Of a stretch of DNA of 64,000 nt, positions 13,001 through 25,787 are shown piece by piece (position 1 is the first letter of the stretch; the number at the start of each line of letters is the position of its first letter). A program made the position numbers and the translations under genes. This DNA comes from Rhynchopus sp. YZ270_cl-10 (Eukaryota). The notes under the pieces were generated by a model that was not told where the DNA came from, searched no databases, and saw only the letters and a program-made list of their open reading frames with translations. The stretch spans positions 124,001-188,000 of the forward strand of contig OZ037847.1 in the NCBI GenBank assembly GCA_964035575.1, in the 5' to 3' direction.

Positions 13001-16000
13001 GTCCCCATCTCCCACACCATGCCCTCAGACTCGCCAACGCGTGTCATCGCAAAGTGCTTCTTGCGGGGCTCGAGTTTGATCGTCTTCACGTCCCCAATCT
13101 CGGCATCGGGGTTGTGGTACGTCGACACCTCCTGCCAGTTGCCGATGCCCACAGGCTCCGGGATGGGGGGTGCCTGCTTCGTGGCGTAGACGAGAGGCAT
13201 CGAGTCGGGGATGGTGAAGCGGTGGCTCCACTGTCCAGGGGTGTGTCCGATCGAGCCGTACCAGTGGTTGCCATCTGCGTGGAATGCTACAGCGCTGCGG
13301 CTCGTCTGGTGGCGGATGTGCTCCGGCCCCGGCAGGTACGTCTGATTACTGTCGACGTTCGTGACAGTGGGCTGGTTGGTCTTGGAGTCGATCTGTGTGA
13401 CAATGTTGTCCTTCCTCCACTCCATTCTCTCCTCGCAGTACACCTCCACCAGGTCGGACTCCACCCACCTGCCACGCTTGTGGTCAATGGGAGGCACGAA
13501 GTCGTTCTCGTCAATGGGACGCGACCACCGCTCTGTGTGTCTGTGCATGTAGGCAAAGTGGCATCCGACCATGTCCTTGTCGTCGATGATGTCCTTCGTC
13601 TTCTGGCGCAGCTTCCTGATCTGGGAGTGTGGCAGCAGCGCACCCTCCACACGCCACTCCACAGGCTGCAGCACACCCTCCGAGCGCACCTTGTAGGACG
13701 TGATGCGCACAGGCTTGTCGGTGTAGTAGATGAGGGGACGCATCTCGTGCACGATGGGCTCGCCGTTCGTCGTTCTGTTGGTGAGCGAGCTTGGGTCGGT
13801 TGCGGAGGTGACACCTGTCTTCTGCCTCCAGAAGCGTTTGTGTGCACGCGACTCGTCGACCTTGTGTCCGGTGTACATGTCTTCGTAGATGCTGTCGTCG
13901 TCGGCCATGTCTTCAAGCATCTGTGCGGTCGCCTTCGTCTCGAACTTGCGTGTGTCGTTGAAGAAGTTGAACGACCAGTCCAACTCCGTACCTTCAGGCA
14001 CCGGTGTGTCGTTGAAGGGCTTCCTCACCTCAATGGGGATGACGCGGATCACGTTCACCATAAGCGACGCAGTGCGCAGCTCGAAGCTGAGTGGTCTGTG
14101 GCAGTACATCATGGAGCGCACCGCCCAGTCCAGCACACCGTGCGCACCCTCCGGCAGCAGCATGCTGTGCAGGTTGTCGTAGATGCGTTCCGACATCATC
14201 CACCCTGCGTGCGAGGCGGCCTTCGTCACTTCTGCGATGCAGCTGGGCTGCAGCGGCTTCGTCCAGTCCTCCACGAGAATGGTTGTGAAGGTGTCAATGA
14301 AGGCAGCAAGCGGCAGTGTGCCTTGGTCCGCAAGTGTGTACAGCTCGTTAAGGTCCGCAGCACCAAGGCCGCGCACAATGCTGGCGAGCACACGACGACA
14401 GCCCACACCATGCAGCACAGTCTCACAGCACTCCACAGCCTGGCGCGGCACGAAGTTGCCGGGCAGCTCGTAGCGCAGCTTCTTGACAAGGCGGAGCACC
14501 TCCTCGGGGTACGCCGCCTCTCTGTCCTTGAACAGCTTCTGCAGGTTCTTCGACATATCAGCAGAGTAGCGCACCTCACGCAGCAGCTGCTTCGTCTCTG
14601 TAAGCTTGCCCGTCTGGGCGAACTTGATCGGCGTGAGCGTGAAGAAGCGTGTCATGTCCACACGGCCCTGCGGCTCCTGCTGCGTCTTCACACGCTTCTT
14701 CGGCGGCTCAGGCGAGGACTCAAGGAACTCCTGGCACTCATCGTCACTGTGGAGAACGGTCTCAAGCGCGCTGACGACGTCGCTCTTGCGGATGCCTTCG
14801 CACAGAGAGAACACGAAGTACGGCCGCTCCGTGAAGTCACCCAGCTGCGGTGCAAAGGAAACAAACTCGTTGTCGTACTGCAGCATGACACGGATCTTGT
14901 GGATGATGGGGAAGCGGTTGTTCGCGTAGACAGCGAACTGCGCCTCGCTCTCGGTGCTCTCGTGCTCGTGGTGCAGGCAGTCGAGGAAGGCCTGCGTCGG
15001 GTACAGCAGCCACAGCGCACCCTCCGCAGTGCCCACGTCCTGCCCCTCCGGTGGTGCGTCCTTGGTGAACACCTGCAGGTCGAGGTCCGTCATGTCCACC
15101 TCAGCACCCTGCACCTTCTGTGCCTTGTTGGGCGTGCTGTCCACCACGGGCAGGGCCTCCCAGAACTTCATCAGCACCTTGTCCGACCGCCTGAAGAACT
15201 CATGCTTTGTGGACGGTGTGTTGGTCTCGGGGTCCAAGCGGCGCATCTCCATGGTCGGCCACACCCTGTCGGCACGCTTCTTGCCGAGGAAGTGCACGAA
15301 CTCCTCGTACGTGAGGTACTTGCCTTCGGGGCTGCCGTGCGAGGCGGGGGAGAGGTCGTACGAGGTGAAGTGGTCGAACGTCTCGTGCCCGTTGGTGGGG
15401 AAGCGTCTGCACTCGGGGAGGTCATCCCAGGTCATGGAGGTGCCGCAGAGCTGGGTGTCCTTCTTCACGTAGCGCTTGTCGCCGTTGGGGTGTACGAAGA
15501 CACGCCTGTCTTCGCACTCACGCCAGGCATTCTCGGCACACTCCTTGTGGGCGGCACGGAACTGTGCATGCGACTTGTGGACATTGTCGCATGGGTCCAT
15601 CCTGCACTCCTGTGCAGCGGCCCAGCGCTTGGGTCCTGCGTTGTCCCCAAGGAGCTTGTCCTCAAGGCTGCTGAGGGTGAGCCACATGCCCTCGTACTTG
15701 CGGATGTCCTTCGACACACAGAAGATGCAGCCCTTCGCAAGCTTCGTGTACGCCACCTTCTCTGCACGCTGCCTCAGAAGCTCGACAGTCTTGTCGATGG
15801 TGTTGAAGATGAAGAGCCCAGCGTTGTTCGCACGCGCCACGCACAGCGCCTCCTCGAAGCTGGTTGCGGGCAGACACACACGCGCATTGCCGTGGCCGAA
15901 GGGCTCGCCAAAGCTGTACTCGCGTGCAAGGCGGTGGTAGGGGCGCAGCTCAGACGCGACAGGGATGAGCTCGCCAATGCCTCCTGTGGCACGGCACACC

Positions 16001-19000
16001 ATCTTCGGGAGGGGTGTGTGCACCATTGCCTTCTCAAGGCGTGCGATGAGGTGCGGCTTAGTGACGAGGGTGGAGTTCCTCTGCAGGAAGCGGTAGAAGA
16101 GTGTTGCGACGGGCTGCGAGTCGATGAGGAAGAGTGCGTGCTCGTAGAGGAAGGAGCGCTTCGCAGGCATGGGGGAGTACTGTGCGAGCTTGTCCAGGAA
16201 GGCTTCGATGTTGCGCAGGCGCTTCACGAGGGGCGCCTTAGCGGGCTGCAGGGCCTCGATCATGGAGTAGCTGAAGGCAGTGCAGTTGCGCATGTACATG
16301 TCGGTGATCTTGACCTCCTCGGCGATTCCTGCCAGCAGGTCCCACAGCAGGCACAGCCCGCTGCTGCACTTCTGTGCATCGTTGCAGTGGCGCTGCTCGA
16401 CCTCGCGCTCGTGCATCTCTTCGTCGTCGTACTTCTGCACACCAGGCCCAGAGTCCTCAGAAGAGTCGTCCTCAGCGTCGTCGCTCTCCTTCAAACGGTA
16501 CGTCTCCCCAAGGCCAATGCTCCACAGGTGCTGAACGGCCTGCAGGTATGTGGCGCGTGCCTCCTGGGTGACAAGCGAGTCGGTGCCCTTCTTGTTGAGG
16601 TGTCCTGCCCAGGTGTGCAGGGCAGAGATCATGTTGTCGAAGGCTTTGACGTACTGCAGCTGTGCCTCCGGGAGGCGGCCTGCCTGCTTCGCAAGGCGGA
16701 GGACGAACTCAGGGTTGCGGGTGAACTGCCGCACGAAGTAGTCTGCGAAGCGGTGCATGTTCTGCACGGTCACGCTGCAGCGCCCACACGAGCCCATAGA
16801 GGCGCCGAGCAGGGGCGTGGCATCGGCACCCACATCAAACTGTGCAGTTGCAGACTTGGAGAAGGGGTCAAGGGTCTCACGCGTGATGTCGATCTCACCC
16901 TCCGCATCTCTGTCGTCATAGTCGCAAGGGTTCTGCGACGTCTCCGAAGCAACGTCGGACATAGCGTCCCAGTTCGACGACTGCGTGTCCACCTCGCTGT
17001 CTGCGGGCTCGCCTGTGAGTCCGTCGGAGCGGATGTGGTTGATGCCGAAGCAGCGCACCTCCTTGCGCAGCTTCTTTGCAAGACGGCCTGCAAGCCCCTG
17101 CGGCATGGCCTCGTTGGAGCAGGAGTCCACAAGGCACGTCTCATGCCATGTGTAGCGCTGCTCGCCACCCTCCCCGCGGAGGAGGTGCAGGGAGCGCAGC
17201 ACGGCGGTCCTGCCGACAGGGTCGTTCTGCATGATGCGGTAGAGGATGTCGTTCAGTGCGGACGACGGGTGCAGGTCGATGCCATGCGAGGGGCACTCCG
17301 CCTCGTCCTCGTACAGGAAGTCGGGGAGCACGGTCTGGTTGGGGTCCACCGCCTTCGTGTGATCCTCCTTCTCGGGCAGCACTCCCAGTGCGGCGCGTGC
17401 AAGTGCAGCTGCACGGTCCTCCTCCTCGGCCTCCTCGATCTCGGCAATGTCCTTCTCGCTGTACCCAAACAGGTTGCGCTCCTTGTGACGCTGCTCCGCT
17501 TTGAGGTCACGCTCGGCATCACGCTGCACCTCACGCGCCTCTTCGACCTCCTTGCGGAAGCCTTCCATGTCCTCTGCGGAGTACGCCTCGTTGATACGCA
17601 TCCACGCGTTGAAGTGACGCACGCGCACCTGGTCGCGCCAGTTGCTGTCAATCTCAGGGAGAAGGTCGTCAATACGGCCCTCCACCTCAGCGTTCATGAC
17701 TCCCGCAAGACGGATGGACTGCATCATGGTGAGGCCAAACCTCTTGAAGAGGAGGTGGAAGCGCCATGGGTAGTGTCCTGTTGCGGTGGTCGCGTCCTCG
17801 TGGATGGAGGCGGGGACGGGTGCGTCGCGGTCGTATGTGTGCGGGAGGAGGAGCCAGTAGAGCTCGGAGATGCGTGGCACTCTGGCGACACCTGCTTTGG
17901 TGGCGGTGCTGCAGGCGTTGCAGATGGCGTCACTGAGGAGGTCGTCTGTGATGTCTGCCTCGTACAGCATGCGCAGCACGGGGGAGCGCTTGTAGACAGG
18001 GATCGTCGTGCTCTCGCCCTCATGTGTGCCAGAGAGAATGTCGAGACGGAGCTGGCAGAACTCCTGATACTCAACAAACGTGTAAGAAATACGGACGTGC
18101 CCCTTCGGAATCTCGCCCTCCTCCAGATCCTCGTCGTCGGTGTCCTGCATCACACTCTCCACACCATCGCTCTCGCACTCATCGTCGAACGCAATGAAGC
18201 TCTCGATGCTCCGTCTCCTGCAGTCCATGACACCCTCCGCATCCTGCTTGAAGTCGGGCAGCCTGCCGAGGAGGCCCTCCAGGGGCTTCTGTGTGCTGCG
18301 CTCCTCGTAGACCCACTGCCCCTCTGCGCCAAGGAGGCTGTCCAGGGCACGGTCTGCTGTGGGTGTGAAGGGTGTGTGCATGCCGCGCAGAACGTAGTTC
18401 AGGTGTGTCACGTCGGGGCCGACAGCGCCGAGCCACTTCCCGCGGGTGCCCTTGAAGCATCCGAAGTGGTTGGTGATGCACTCACCAAGCTGGTAGAGCT
18501 GCAGCAGCTGCGAGGTCTGCATCTGTGTGGTGGAAGCGTCCGCAGTGGCAATGGTGTCCTGGTTGATGAAGGGCGTCTCCGCACAGCGCTTCTGCTGCTC
18601 CTGCACACCCTTGACGCGCACCACGCTGTGGCTGCCTTCGACGCACACCACGACACGGGACAGAGGCACCATGAGCTGTGCCGCCACCTGCGCACGCACC
18701 TGCTGCGGCGTGCACTGCTTCTTGTTGTGCATTGTGTGCATCCACAGCGACTCCTCGTGGTACAGCTTGCGCAGCGGGAAGCCCATAGTCTTCTCGTGGT
18801 CCTCTTCCGCCAGCCCAGTGACCAGCAGAGGTGAGGAAATGATGTTTCTCTTGCGGCGGTCGATCGATCTGCACAGGATGAGTGCCTCAAGCATGAGCAC
18901 GTTCGCGTAGTCTGCCTTGGTGATCTGCGAGAGGGCCTTGCACACACCACGCTTGAGGCCACGCATCTTCTTGTACGGCGGCACCATGAAGCGCTGTGTG

Positions 19001-21195
19001 TAGTGCGACTCTGGCAGGCCGACACCGTACTCGAGCTGCAGGATGGCCCATTCGCCTTCGCGGGTCACTTCACAGAGTTTGGGGAAGTTGACTTCGTAGC
19101 CCTTGAGCTTGTTGGCCTCCTGCGCTGCTGCAGCGACTGTGATGTACGCGTTGAGTGCCGCAAGGGTGTCGTCTGCTGCGAGCAGCTCGTTCAGGAGCTT
19201 GTCGCCCGAGGCATGTGTCTGCATGAGGCGCAGTAGCGAGATGTACGGCAGGATGTCGAAGAGTCCACGGTCGCCGTACTTCCTGCGCAGCGAGAAGATC
19301 GACGCAGCGGGCCTGCGGCTGGTCACCCTGTCCTCGATGTCGCGCTGCTCGTCAGAGTCGAGGTCCTCGTCACCGTCGTCCTCTGCTGCAGGCTTCAGCA
19401 TCGCCGCCTCACCAGAGGAGAGCGAGTCTTCGTCCTGGTCGCGGTTGCCTGCCTTCTCGTCCTCGTCGGCCTCGACCTTCTCCTCCTGGACTTGGTTGTC
19501 GACGTTCTCAGACTCAGCGCTGAGGGACTCGTCGTCGGAGTCTGCGTCAAGGAGGGCGGCAACGGAGGCCTTCATGGTGGTGGTGTTGCGCGAGACGTCC
19601 TGGCGGTGCAGCAGGTAGGAGTGCTTGTCGAGCACGTCCACGACCACGTCTGTGAGGCGCGAAAGCATCATGCCCATCGTGTCGGCAGTGGACTTCATCA
19701 CCTCCACAGAGGGCGGCTTCGCAGCCTCCGCCTCAGCGGCCTTCGCAGCGTCTTCGGCATCGCGCTTCTCCTTCTGCGCCACAAGAGCGTCGTAGCTGTC
19801 ACGCTCATGAAGGGCACGCTTGACCAGCAGATGGTAGTCACCACTGCTCGGCTTTGCGTACGAAGAGTTCAAGACATGAGCAAATGGGCGCTTCCCCTCC
19901 TCAAACGCAACACCTTTCGAAACAGGCTTGCCGTCCACAGAGAGCAGAAACACGAGCTTCCGGCGTGGGAAGTGCAGGAACTCATACTGCTTGTCCTTCA
20001 CGAAGACGTGAATGATACCCTTCTCGCCAATCCACCACCGTTCTGCACCAGGTGCGTCGGTCTCGGGCATGACGCCCTTCTTCAGGAGAATGGGGAAGAC
20101 GGTATGCGGGCTGGTGTTCTTCGTGAGCATTGTCTTGTGGCTGGTGAACCCAAGGTCCGCCCCGGGCACGCTCTTGTTGCATTCGTAGGAGCCGTTCCAG
20201 ATGAACTCCAGCTGGACAAGGTTGCGCTCGTTGTTCGCGAACTGGCACTTCAGGTGCATGAACTCATGCACTGCAGAGTCGTAGCGGTTCGTCCTCCCGA
20301 CAAACGACGGCAGCACAACACCGTCCTGCACGGGGCCGTGCAGCGATGCCTCCACGGTCTTCTTGCACTCCACACACTTCGTGTCTGCTGTGGGCCACGA
20401 CGGTGCGCCTACAAGCGGACCCCCTGTGGGCGTGTCCTGCTGGTACGTCACGCTCTTATCCTTTGCGACAGTGAAACTGCCGGGTGTCCAGTTTGGGTTG
20501 TTTCCGAACTGCTCCAGCGGCGGGTAGGGGACTTCCTCGCGGACAGCGAACCTGCCTGAGGAAAAGCCTGAGTCGTCCTCTCTGTGCGGCGTGAAGCACT
20601 GTGGGAAGTAGAGCAGCGCACGCTCGACGCTGGTCACGTTGGGGAACACATCGCCGAGGGTGATGGCGACACGCGTGACCTCACCGATCTCGGCCTTGCG
20701 CATCTCCTCCTCCATCTTGCGAGAGTCCTTTGTGTGGATGCGTTCACGCTCCACCAGCATCACACCAACACGCACATCAGGCTCCCAACCAACACTGCCA
20801 CGGGTAAGCAGCCAGATGGGGAACACATCCGTGCCCTCCTGTCCAGCCTCCTGCTTGAAGACAATACACTTCCGCCAGACTCCTTCATGATTGATAAAAT
20901 GCGGTGCAAGCTGTGCGACCTGTGTGTTCTGGTCCAGCAGTTCTGATATGAAGTGCGGGGTGTCGATGGGTACGTTCGCAAGCGCTGCACGGCCTTTCTC
21001 CACTTTCTCCAGCACGTTCTCAAAGGCTTCACTCCCTGTAGCAGCGGCCTGTGACCTGAAGTCTGGGACAGATGTCCCCTTTGCTGCCTTGACGGCCTTC
21101 CGGTACCATGGTGATGTCTTCGAACAGTTCTTCAGGTATAACAAATGCAACTCGGTGGGGTTAGAAAACACCCATGCACCACCGACTTGATCCAT
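10033..21195 (-). CDS. Very large protein of unknown function (~3,607 aa), probably nuclear; exons 21195-11063, 11000-10848, 10803-10693, 10509-10144, 10093-10033
   Basis: 3414-codon ORF with strong GC3 codon bias. Four consecutive GTATGT...CAG phase-2 introns extend it in frame (exon sum 10824 nt, divisible by 3) through part of ORF 9354-10499 to KRKRDDGDDDESQKRPRTEE-stop. Contains CxxC...HxxC (PARP-type Zn-finger-like), acidic tracts, R-x-D-P...F...W repeats, and Tudor-like and discoidin-like motifs, all by resemblance only. The main exon is secure; the 3' exons are predicted. Confidence 0.8.
10094..10143 (-). other. Spliceosomal intron, 50 nt, phase 2
   Basis: AA|GTATGT...CACCACCACACAG|G; gives the terminal exon RKRDDGDDDESQKRPRTEE*. 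Confidence 0.75.
10190..10420 (-). repeat. Coding 39-bp (13-aa) basic repeat KKKEY(R/S/N)ETEAAKQ / KEYxxREDVKQ, ~5-6 copies
   Basis: Visible in DNA (tgtactccttcttcttctgtttggcgg...) and in the translation of ORF 9354-10499. Confidence 0.85.
10510..10692 (-). other. Spliceosomal intron, 183 nt, phase 2 (contains a short hairpin-A copy before its pyrimidine tract)
   Basis: GA|GTATGT...CTTTTCTTTTCTTTAAACAG|C; in frame with ELDVSVAAKRRR. Confidence 0.6.
10804..10847 (-). other. Spliceosomal intron, 44 nt, phase 2
   Basis: AC|GTATGT...TTCTTCATTCACAG|C; the next exon reads KSAGHARPEGTTWNNGKLRKLARARY with coding-like composition. Confidence 0.7.
11001..11062 (-). other. Spliceosomal intron, 62 nt, phase 2
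   Basis: AC|GTATGT...GGTGCAG|T; GC content drops abruptly at the donor. Confidence 0.7.
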
Positions 21196-22775
21196 TGCTG
21201 TGTTGTCTGGAAGGGTAGGTGGGTAGGTGGGTGGGTGGGCGTGTTGGGGGGGTGGGGAGAGAAAGGTTGATTGGCATGTGCAAAAGAAGAGAGGGGTAAT
21301 GGGGAGAGTTTCTTGTCACAACATTCTGAGTACGGTTAAGCACTCCTAGTGAGGCAAAGAGAAAAAAAAATGAGTTTGCATGAAATGAACGTTGCCTAGT
21401 GGGGGAGCGGGAGAAATGACAAAAAATATAAAGGGGGAAAAACTTTTTAAATACTGAATAAAGAGTCGTAGTGGACTCAATGAATAGGAAAATATGAAGA
21501 TGGAACGTGTCTCCAAACATGTTGTGGAAATGCCGTTCGATAGGGGAAACGCGTTTCTCCAAAGAAAAAAGAAAAAAACACCGAATAAAGTGAAATTGAT
21601 AGATATTGCACGCAAGAGAAGCGAAAAGTAAAAAGAAAAGTGAACCCCGTTTTCGCACCTAGGTTTTATGTCAACAGGGGAAACACATTTTCTTGCTGTT
21701 ATTTTTTTTTTTTTTTTGCAAAAAAAAAAAAAAAAAGAAGAAGAAAATATAGCGTGACAAAAATGCACTCCTATCTGGAATGCAGTACAACAATCAAAAC
21801 ACTACAAAAAGAGTCGCCCGAACATTGTTTTTTGTTTCGACATCACCCGACTACGAAGCAAGGTTACTATCTACACAAATGTCGCCCGTACCTTTTTTCG
21901 GCACACAGCCTTAAAAATAATTTTTGGCATATTTTCATCAAAAATGTGCGAATACATAATATTATTCCCACGACCAACCCCTTTCCATTTCGTGGCTTAC
22001 GTTGCGTCTCATTTGTTTCTTTTTCTTCGTTCGAAAAGTTTTACTTTACGTTACATTTGCTATCCTATTGCTATCCTGCACGACTTAAAATATGCTTTGG
22101 TACAAAGGAAATGACTTTACTTGTGTGTGGTTTCACCGTTGCAGTCAAGGAAAACCAAGTCAAGTCAAGTCTAGGGCATCCTATACAATAACACCGAAAC
22201 GCAGAAGGGTTGCACAACAGCCACAACCTGAGTCGCGACCTTAGGGGGGTTTGAAAATGTTTTTGTTATAGCTTGTACTCTTTGTTTTTGCTATTTTGTA
22301 TTTGCGTTTGTTTAGCCTTTTAGATCCTTAACCAAAGCGATGTGCGAACTTTAATGTAGTTTCCGGCTTACTCTGTCGACCTTAGGGGGGTTCTGCTGAT
22401 CTCTGTTTGTTACCCAATAGAGTAATATATGGGAGGAGGACATCGCGATGGAAGTCCACGAAGCAGAGATGGGGATGAGGGGGGGAAGGTGACAGTTGTG
22501 GCTGAGAGGTTGTAGAGTGCCACAATGTAAGATTGGGGAAAAAAAGGTTCGTTTTATACTTTCAAATCAAAGAAGAGAAAGTGGACGTTAACAGAATATA
22601 GAAAAAGAAGGGGGGGGAAACGTACTCCGAGCAATCTAGCTTCTAAATGATAAGGGAAAGGTGTTCGTTTTTATTAGAGATTTATTTCAACATAAAATCA
22701 TAAAAGTAGTAGAGAATGAAATGGGGGGGAGTTCCTATTCAAACATAACAAAAACAAAACAAAAAAAGAGAAATT

Positions 22776-22820
22776 GAAAGTGCAAAACGCCTCATCGTTC
22801 ATTGGGCGCAAGCACTGAAA
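22776..22820 (-). other. Dispersed hairpin motif B
   Basis: AGTGC-TTG-CGCC-CAATGAACGATGA-GGCG-TTTT-GCACT then long pyrimidine tract. Confidence 0.6.
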
Positions 22821-25062
22821 GACAGTGGAGATTGCACAACTGTAGCAACACTACCGAGGGCAACTACACTACTCCAACAATTTATCTAAAAAAAGAGAGA
22901 AAAGCTTGAAAGATGAATACGTGCTTCGTGAGCACGGCCATCTAAACAAAATGGTATGCAATAAGGTGGTATGTTGTGCTGTGGTAAAAACGGCGCTTTT
23001 TTCGGTTTCTCTAAAAAGGAGTGCAGGGTGCGTTGCCCCCTAGAGCCTAGAGGGCAGAAGCCAAGAGGGCCTAGAGGGCATTGCAACGTTTTCACTGTGG
23101 AAAGAGAAAGTCTGAAAAAGAGTAGCTTTATTGGAATTTAAATTGGATTTTTAAAAAAGAGAGAAAGAAAAAGTTTAGAAGATGAACCTAAACCTCAAAT
23201 AGAGTTTTTTGAGGAACAGCAACAAAATTTTTTGATTGAAAAGACAAAATCCTCTGGACAGTGTCTCCTTCACAAAAAAACATCAGCTGAACCAGGGTTC
23301 ATAGCAATGCACAGAATCGCCTGAAGGCAACCCCAAAAATCCTTTTTAAGGGGTTTTTAAAGAAAGGTTCGACAACTCAAACCAGGGGTGCTTTTCTAAG
23401 GCAATAAACAAAAAGACGGAAACCGTTGTGTGGAAAAAAAAACAAAACAAAAACTCTGGATATTGAAATTTGGTGTATTGTTTTTGAGAGAATAAAACGG
23501 CGCAATAATGCTGTATGATACTATTGCATTTCGGTTTTCTCTTTCAAAAGAAAATAACTGTGTGGTACTCCGGTAGGGGGTTGATATATTGACAGGTCAC
23601 TGACACAGGGACTTTATAGACACCCCCCCCTGATATTGACAGGTCGCTGACAGGTCGCTAACCGATTTCCAAAAGCACCACTGTGTAAAAAAAAAAATGA
23701 TATCGTCTTTGATTGATGCCATAGGTCATGGAAGGGCCCACCCAACATATTCAGTGAGGGAACAAGCCCTTCCAGCCTTTCAAACCACTGGGATGCCGTA
23801 TTTGCAATCGGGTGTGGGGTTTTTCCCCTTTCCTCAAGAAAAGGCAAGGTGTCCCATTGAAATCGGTTCTCCCCAAAAAAGGGTGGCATCATGTACAGCC
23901 CCTCTAAACCGGGCTTTGAACAGAGAGGGAAAGTCTGATGACGCAAAGTTTTCATTTTTTAGAAGGTTTTTGGTTCAGTTTACGCTACATTGTGAAGGTG
24001 GGCTGTTCTGTTTCCACCTTTCCGATACATGATTCCGTCCGTAACCCTTGTAGGATTTCAACCATCACATATTCTTTTTGTATCGAGAAAAAGCATAGAG
24101 GTGCGACAAATGTACCCTTTGAAAATGAGGAAGAAAAAAGAGTTGAAAAAGATGAATCTGCCTCGTGCTTGCATATCCTTTAAAAAAGAGAGTTGACATG
24201 AATCTGTGATGCCTCTCGTTAGCAATTTATTCAGATTTTTTTTGGAATAAATTTGAAAATAATCAATTGCGTATACTTTCCAAAGAGAAAGCACACAAAG
24301 ACGTTCAAAAACGTTGAAAACAAATCAAAAAATAGAGGGAGTCCAGATGGGTGGGTGCAAAGGGAAAATAATAGGCTTTTGGCAGTTGAGCCAAAAAAAA
24401 GGAAAGAAAACAATAGTAGTTGATACAGGCACCTCCGATCGACTCACGTACGATGCCAGCCCCGGATGAAAACACGAGTACCCTGCGGCCAACAACAGGG
24501 GAAGAAAAAAACACAACCGACATGAGCAGGCATCCCCAGATGTTCGTTGTATTTTTGCGCTTCATTTCCACATGACCTTTTTAAGAAAAAAGGTCTGAAG
24601 AAAAGTATGAAAAAATAGAAGAAAAAAAAATAGCAATACCACCCTGCGTCAAACTGGAACCAAAAAGAAAGTGTTCTGTACGAGGAATGCGCGCTTCTTT
24701 CACCAGCGGAATGGATAACACCCTACCTGCTGTTAAGAAGACACACTTTTCCCTTTCCATCAAACACAACTCTTTGTGAAAAGGCAGTGAGCAGGGAGGT
24801 TGGACACAACACACCACATATACAAAACAAAGCATCACACCGGTTGCACATTGTCAATATTTTTCAAATATTTCGAATATACAAGAGCGCGCACTGTGCT
24901 GAAAAGGGTCGGAGGTACGGGGGTAAGGGGGAGAATTCATTGTCGCGAAAGATAAAATACAGAAAGCAGGGGATAGTCTGAGAAAGGTTGGCGTGAACCA
25001 AGGACTGGTTGGTTGATAGGCTTGGCCACGTTTGTCAACAAATCAAAAAAAAAATAGTTTAG

Positions 25063-25100
25063 AAGATGATCCTAAGCCTCTCTAATGCTTAGTCACCTAG
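25063..25100 (-). other. Dispersed hairpin motif A
   Basis: AGGTGA-CTAAGC-ATTAGAGAG-GCTTAG-GA-TCATCT then T-tract; same stem as the 36273 copy, different loop and bulge. Confidence 0.7.
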
Positions 25101-25787
25101 AAAGAATAGCCTGCCTGCAGTTATTTCCCACCCTGATTGGGAAGGGGTGACAACATGATTTATAGACTCAAGAAAGACACGGGAGATGAGGTGCCCAACA
25201 CAACACTCTGGGCGTCTGCTGAACACCAATGAGCGCAGGGGGTACCGACAAATAGGAGGGAATGCACACGATCCCTCCTCGCACCGGGGAATGGAAAGAA
25301 AATACCCACCTCTCGCCAGGCGTGGAGCATGCTCCTATTTCCTTCACACATCCAAAATCTTTCAGAGAGCGTCAGGACGAGAGCAAGGCAGGTACTGGTT
25401 GCGTAAACTAAAGGGGGGGAGGGAGCATAAACGGCGAGGGTTTGACCAGAAGGGGAAGCTTGAGCAATAAATGGTATGCATTTTGCTCAGCTGACTGTTT
25501 TCTTTTATTCGTTTTATTCGTTTTCTTCATTTCTTTCTTTCGTTCATTTATTCTTTGTAGCACACTGCCAATTCTAGAAGATAACTGCACATTTATTGCA
25601 CGACACTACGGCACTGCCAAAGGTGCACACTGTCTCCAGGGGATTGGGGTGATATGATATGTGTATAAAGTTGAAAGATTACTGGAGCACAGTGGCCACC
25701 TTTGTGCCCGTAGTGGAGACAGGGTGCATTGTATGGATGGAATAGCATGGGGCAGTGTGGACAATAGGGAATGATAAAACATGCTGT

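Noticed and set aside
12868..18834. 1988-aa plus-strand ORF
   Set aside because: It is in exact codon register antisense to the giant gene and stays open simply because the sense gene avoids TTA/CTA/TCA. The translation is L/V/H/R-rich shadow sequence.
22236..22392. Telomeric TTAGGG repeats
   Set aside because: Isolated single hexamers, not tandem.
25063..25100. Motif A as Helitron 3' end, hammerhead ribozyme or C/D snoRNA
   Set aside because: CTAG follows the hairpin in only one copy and without the A|T target; there is no CUGANGA/GAAA core and no consistent C and D boxes. A Helitron origin is not fully excluded.
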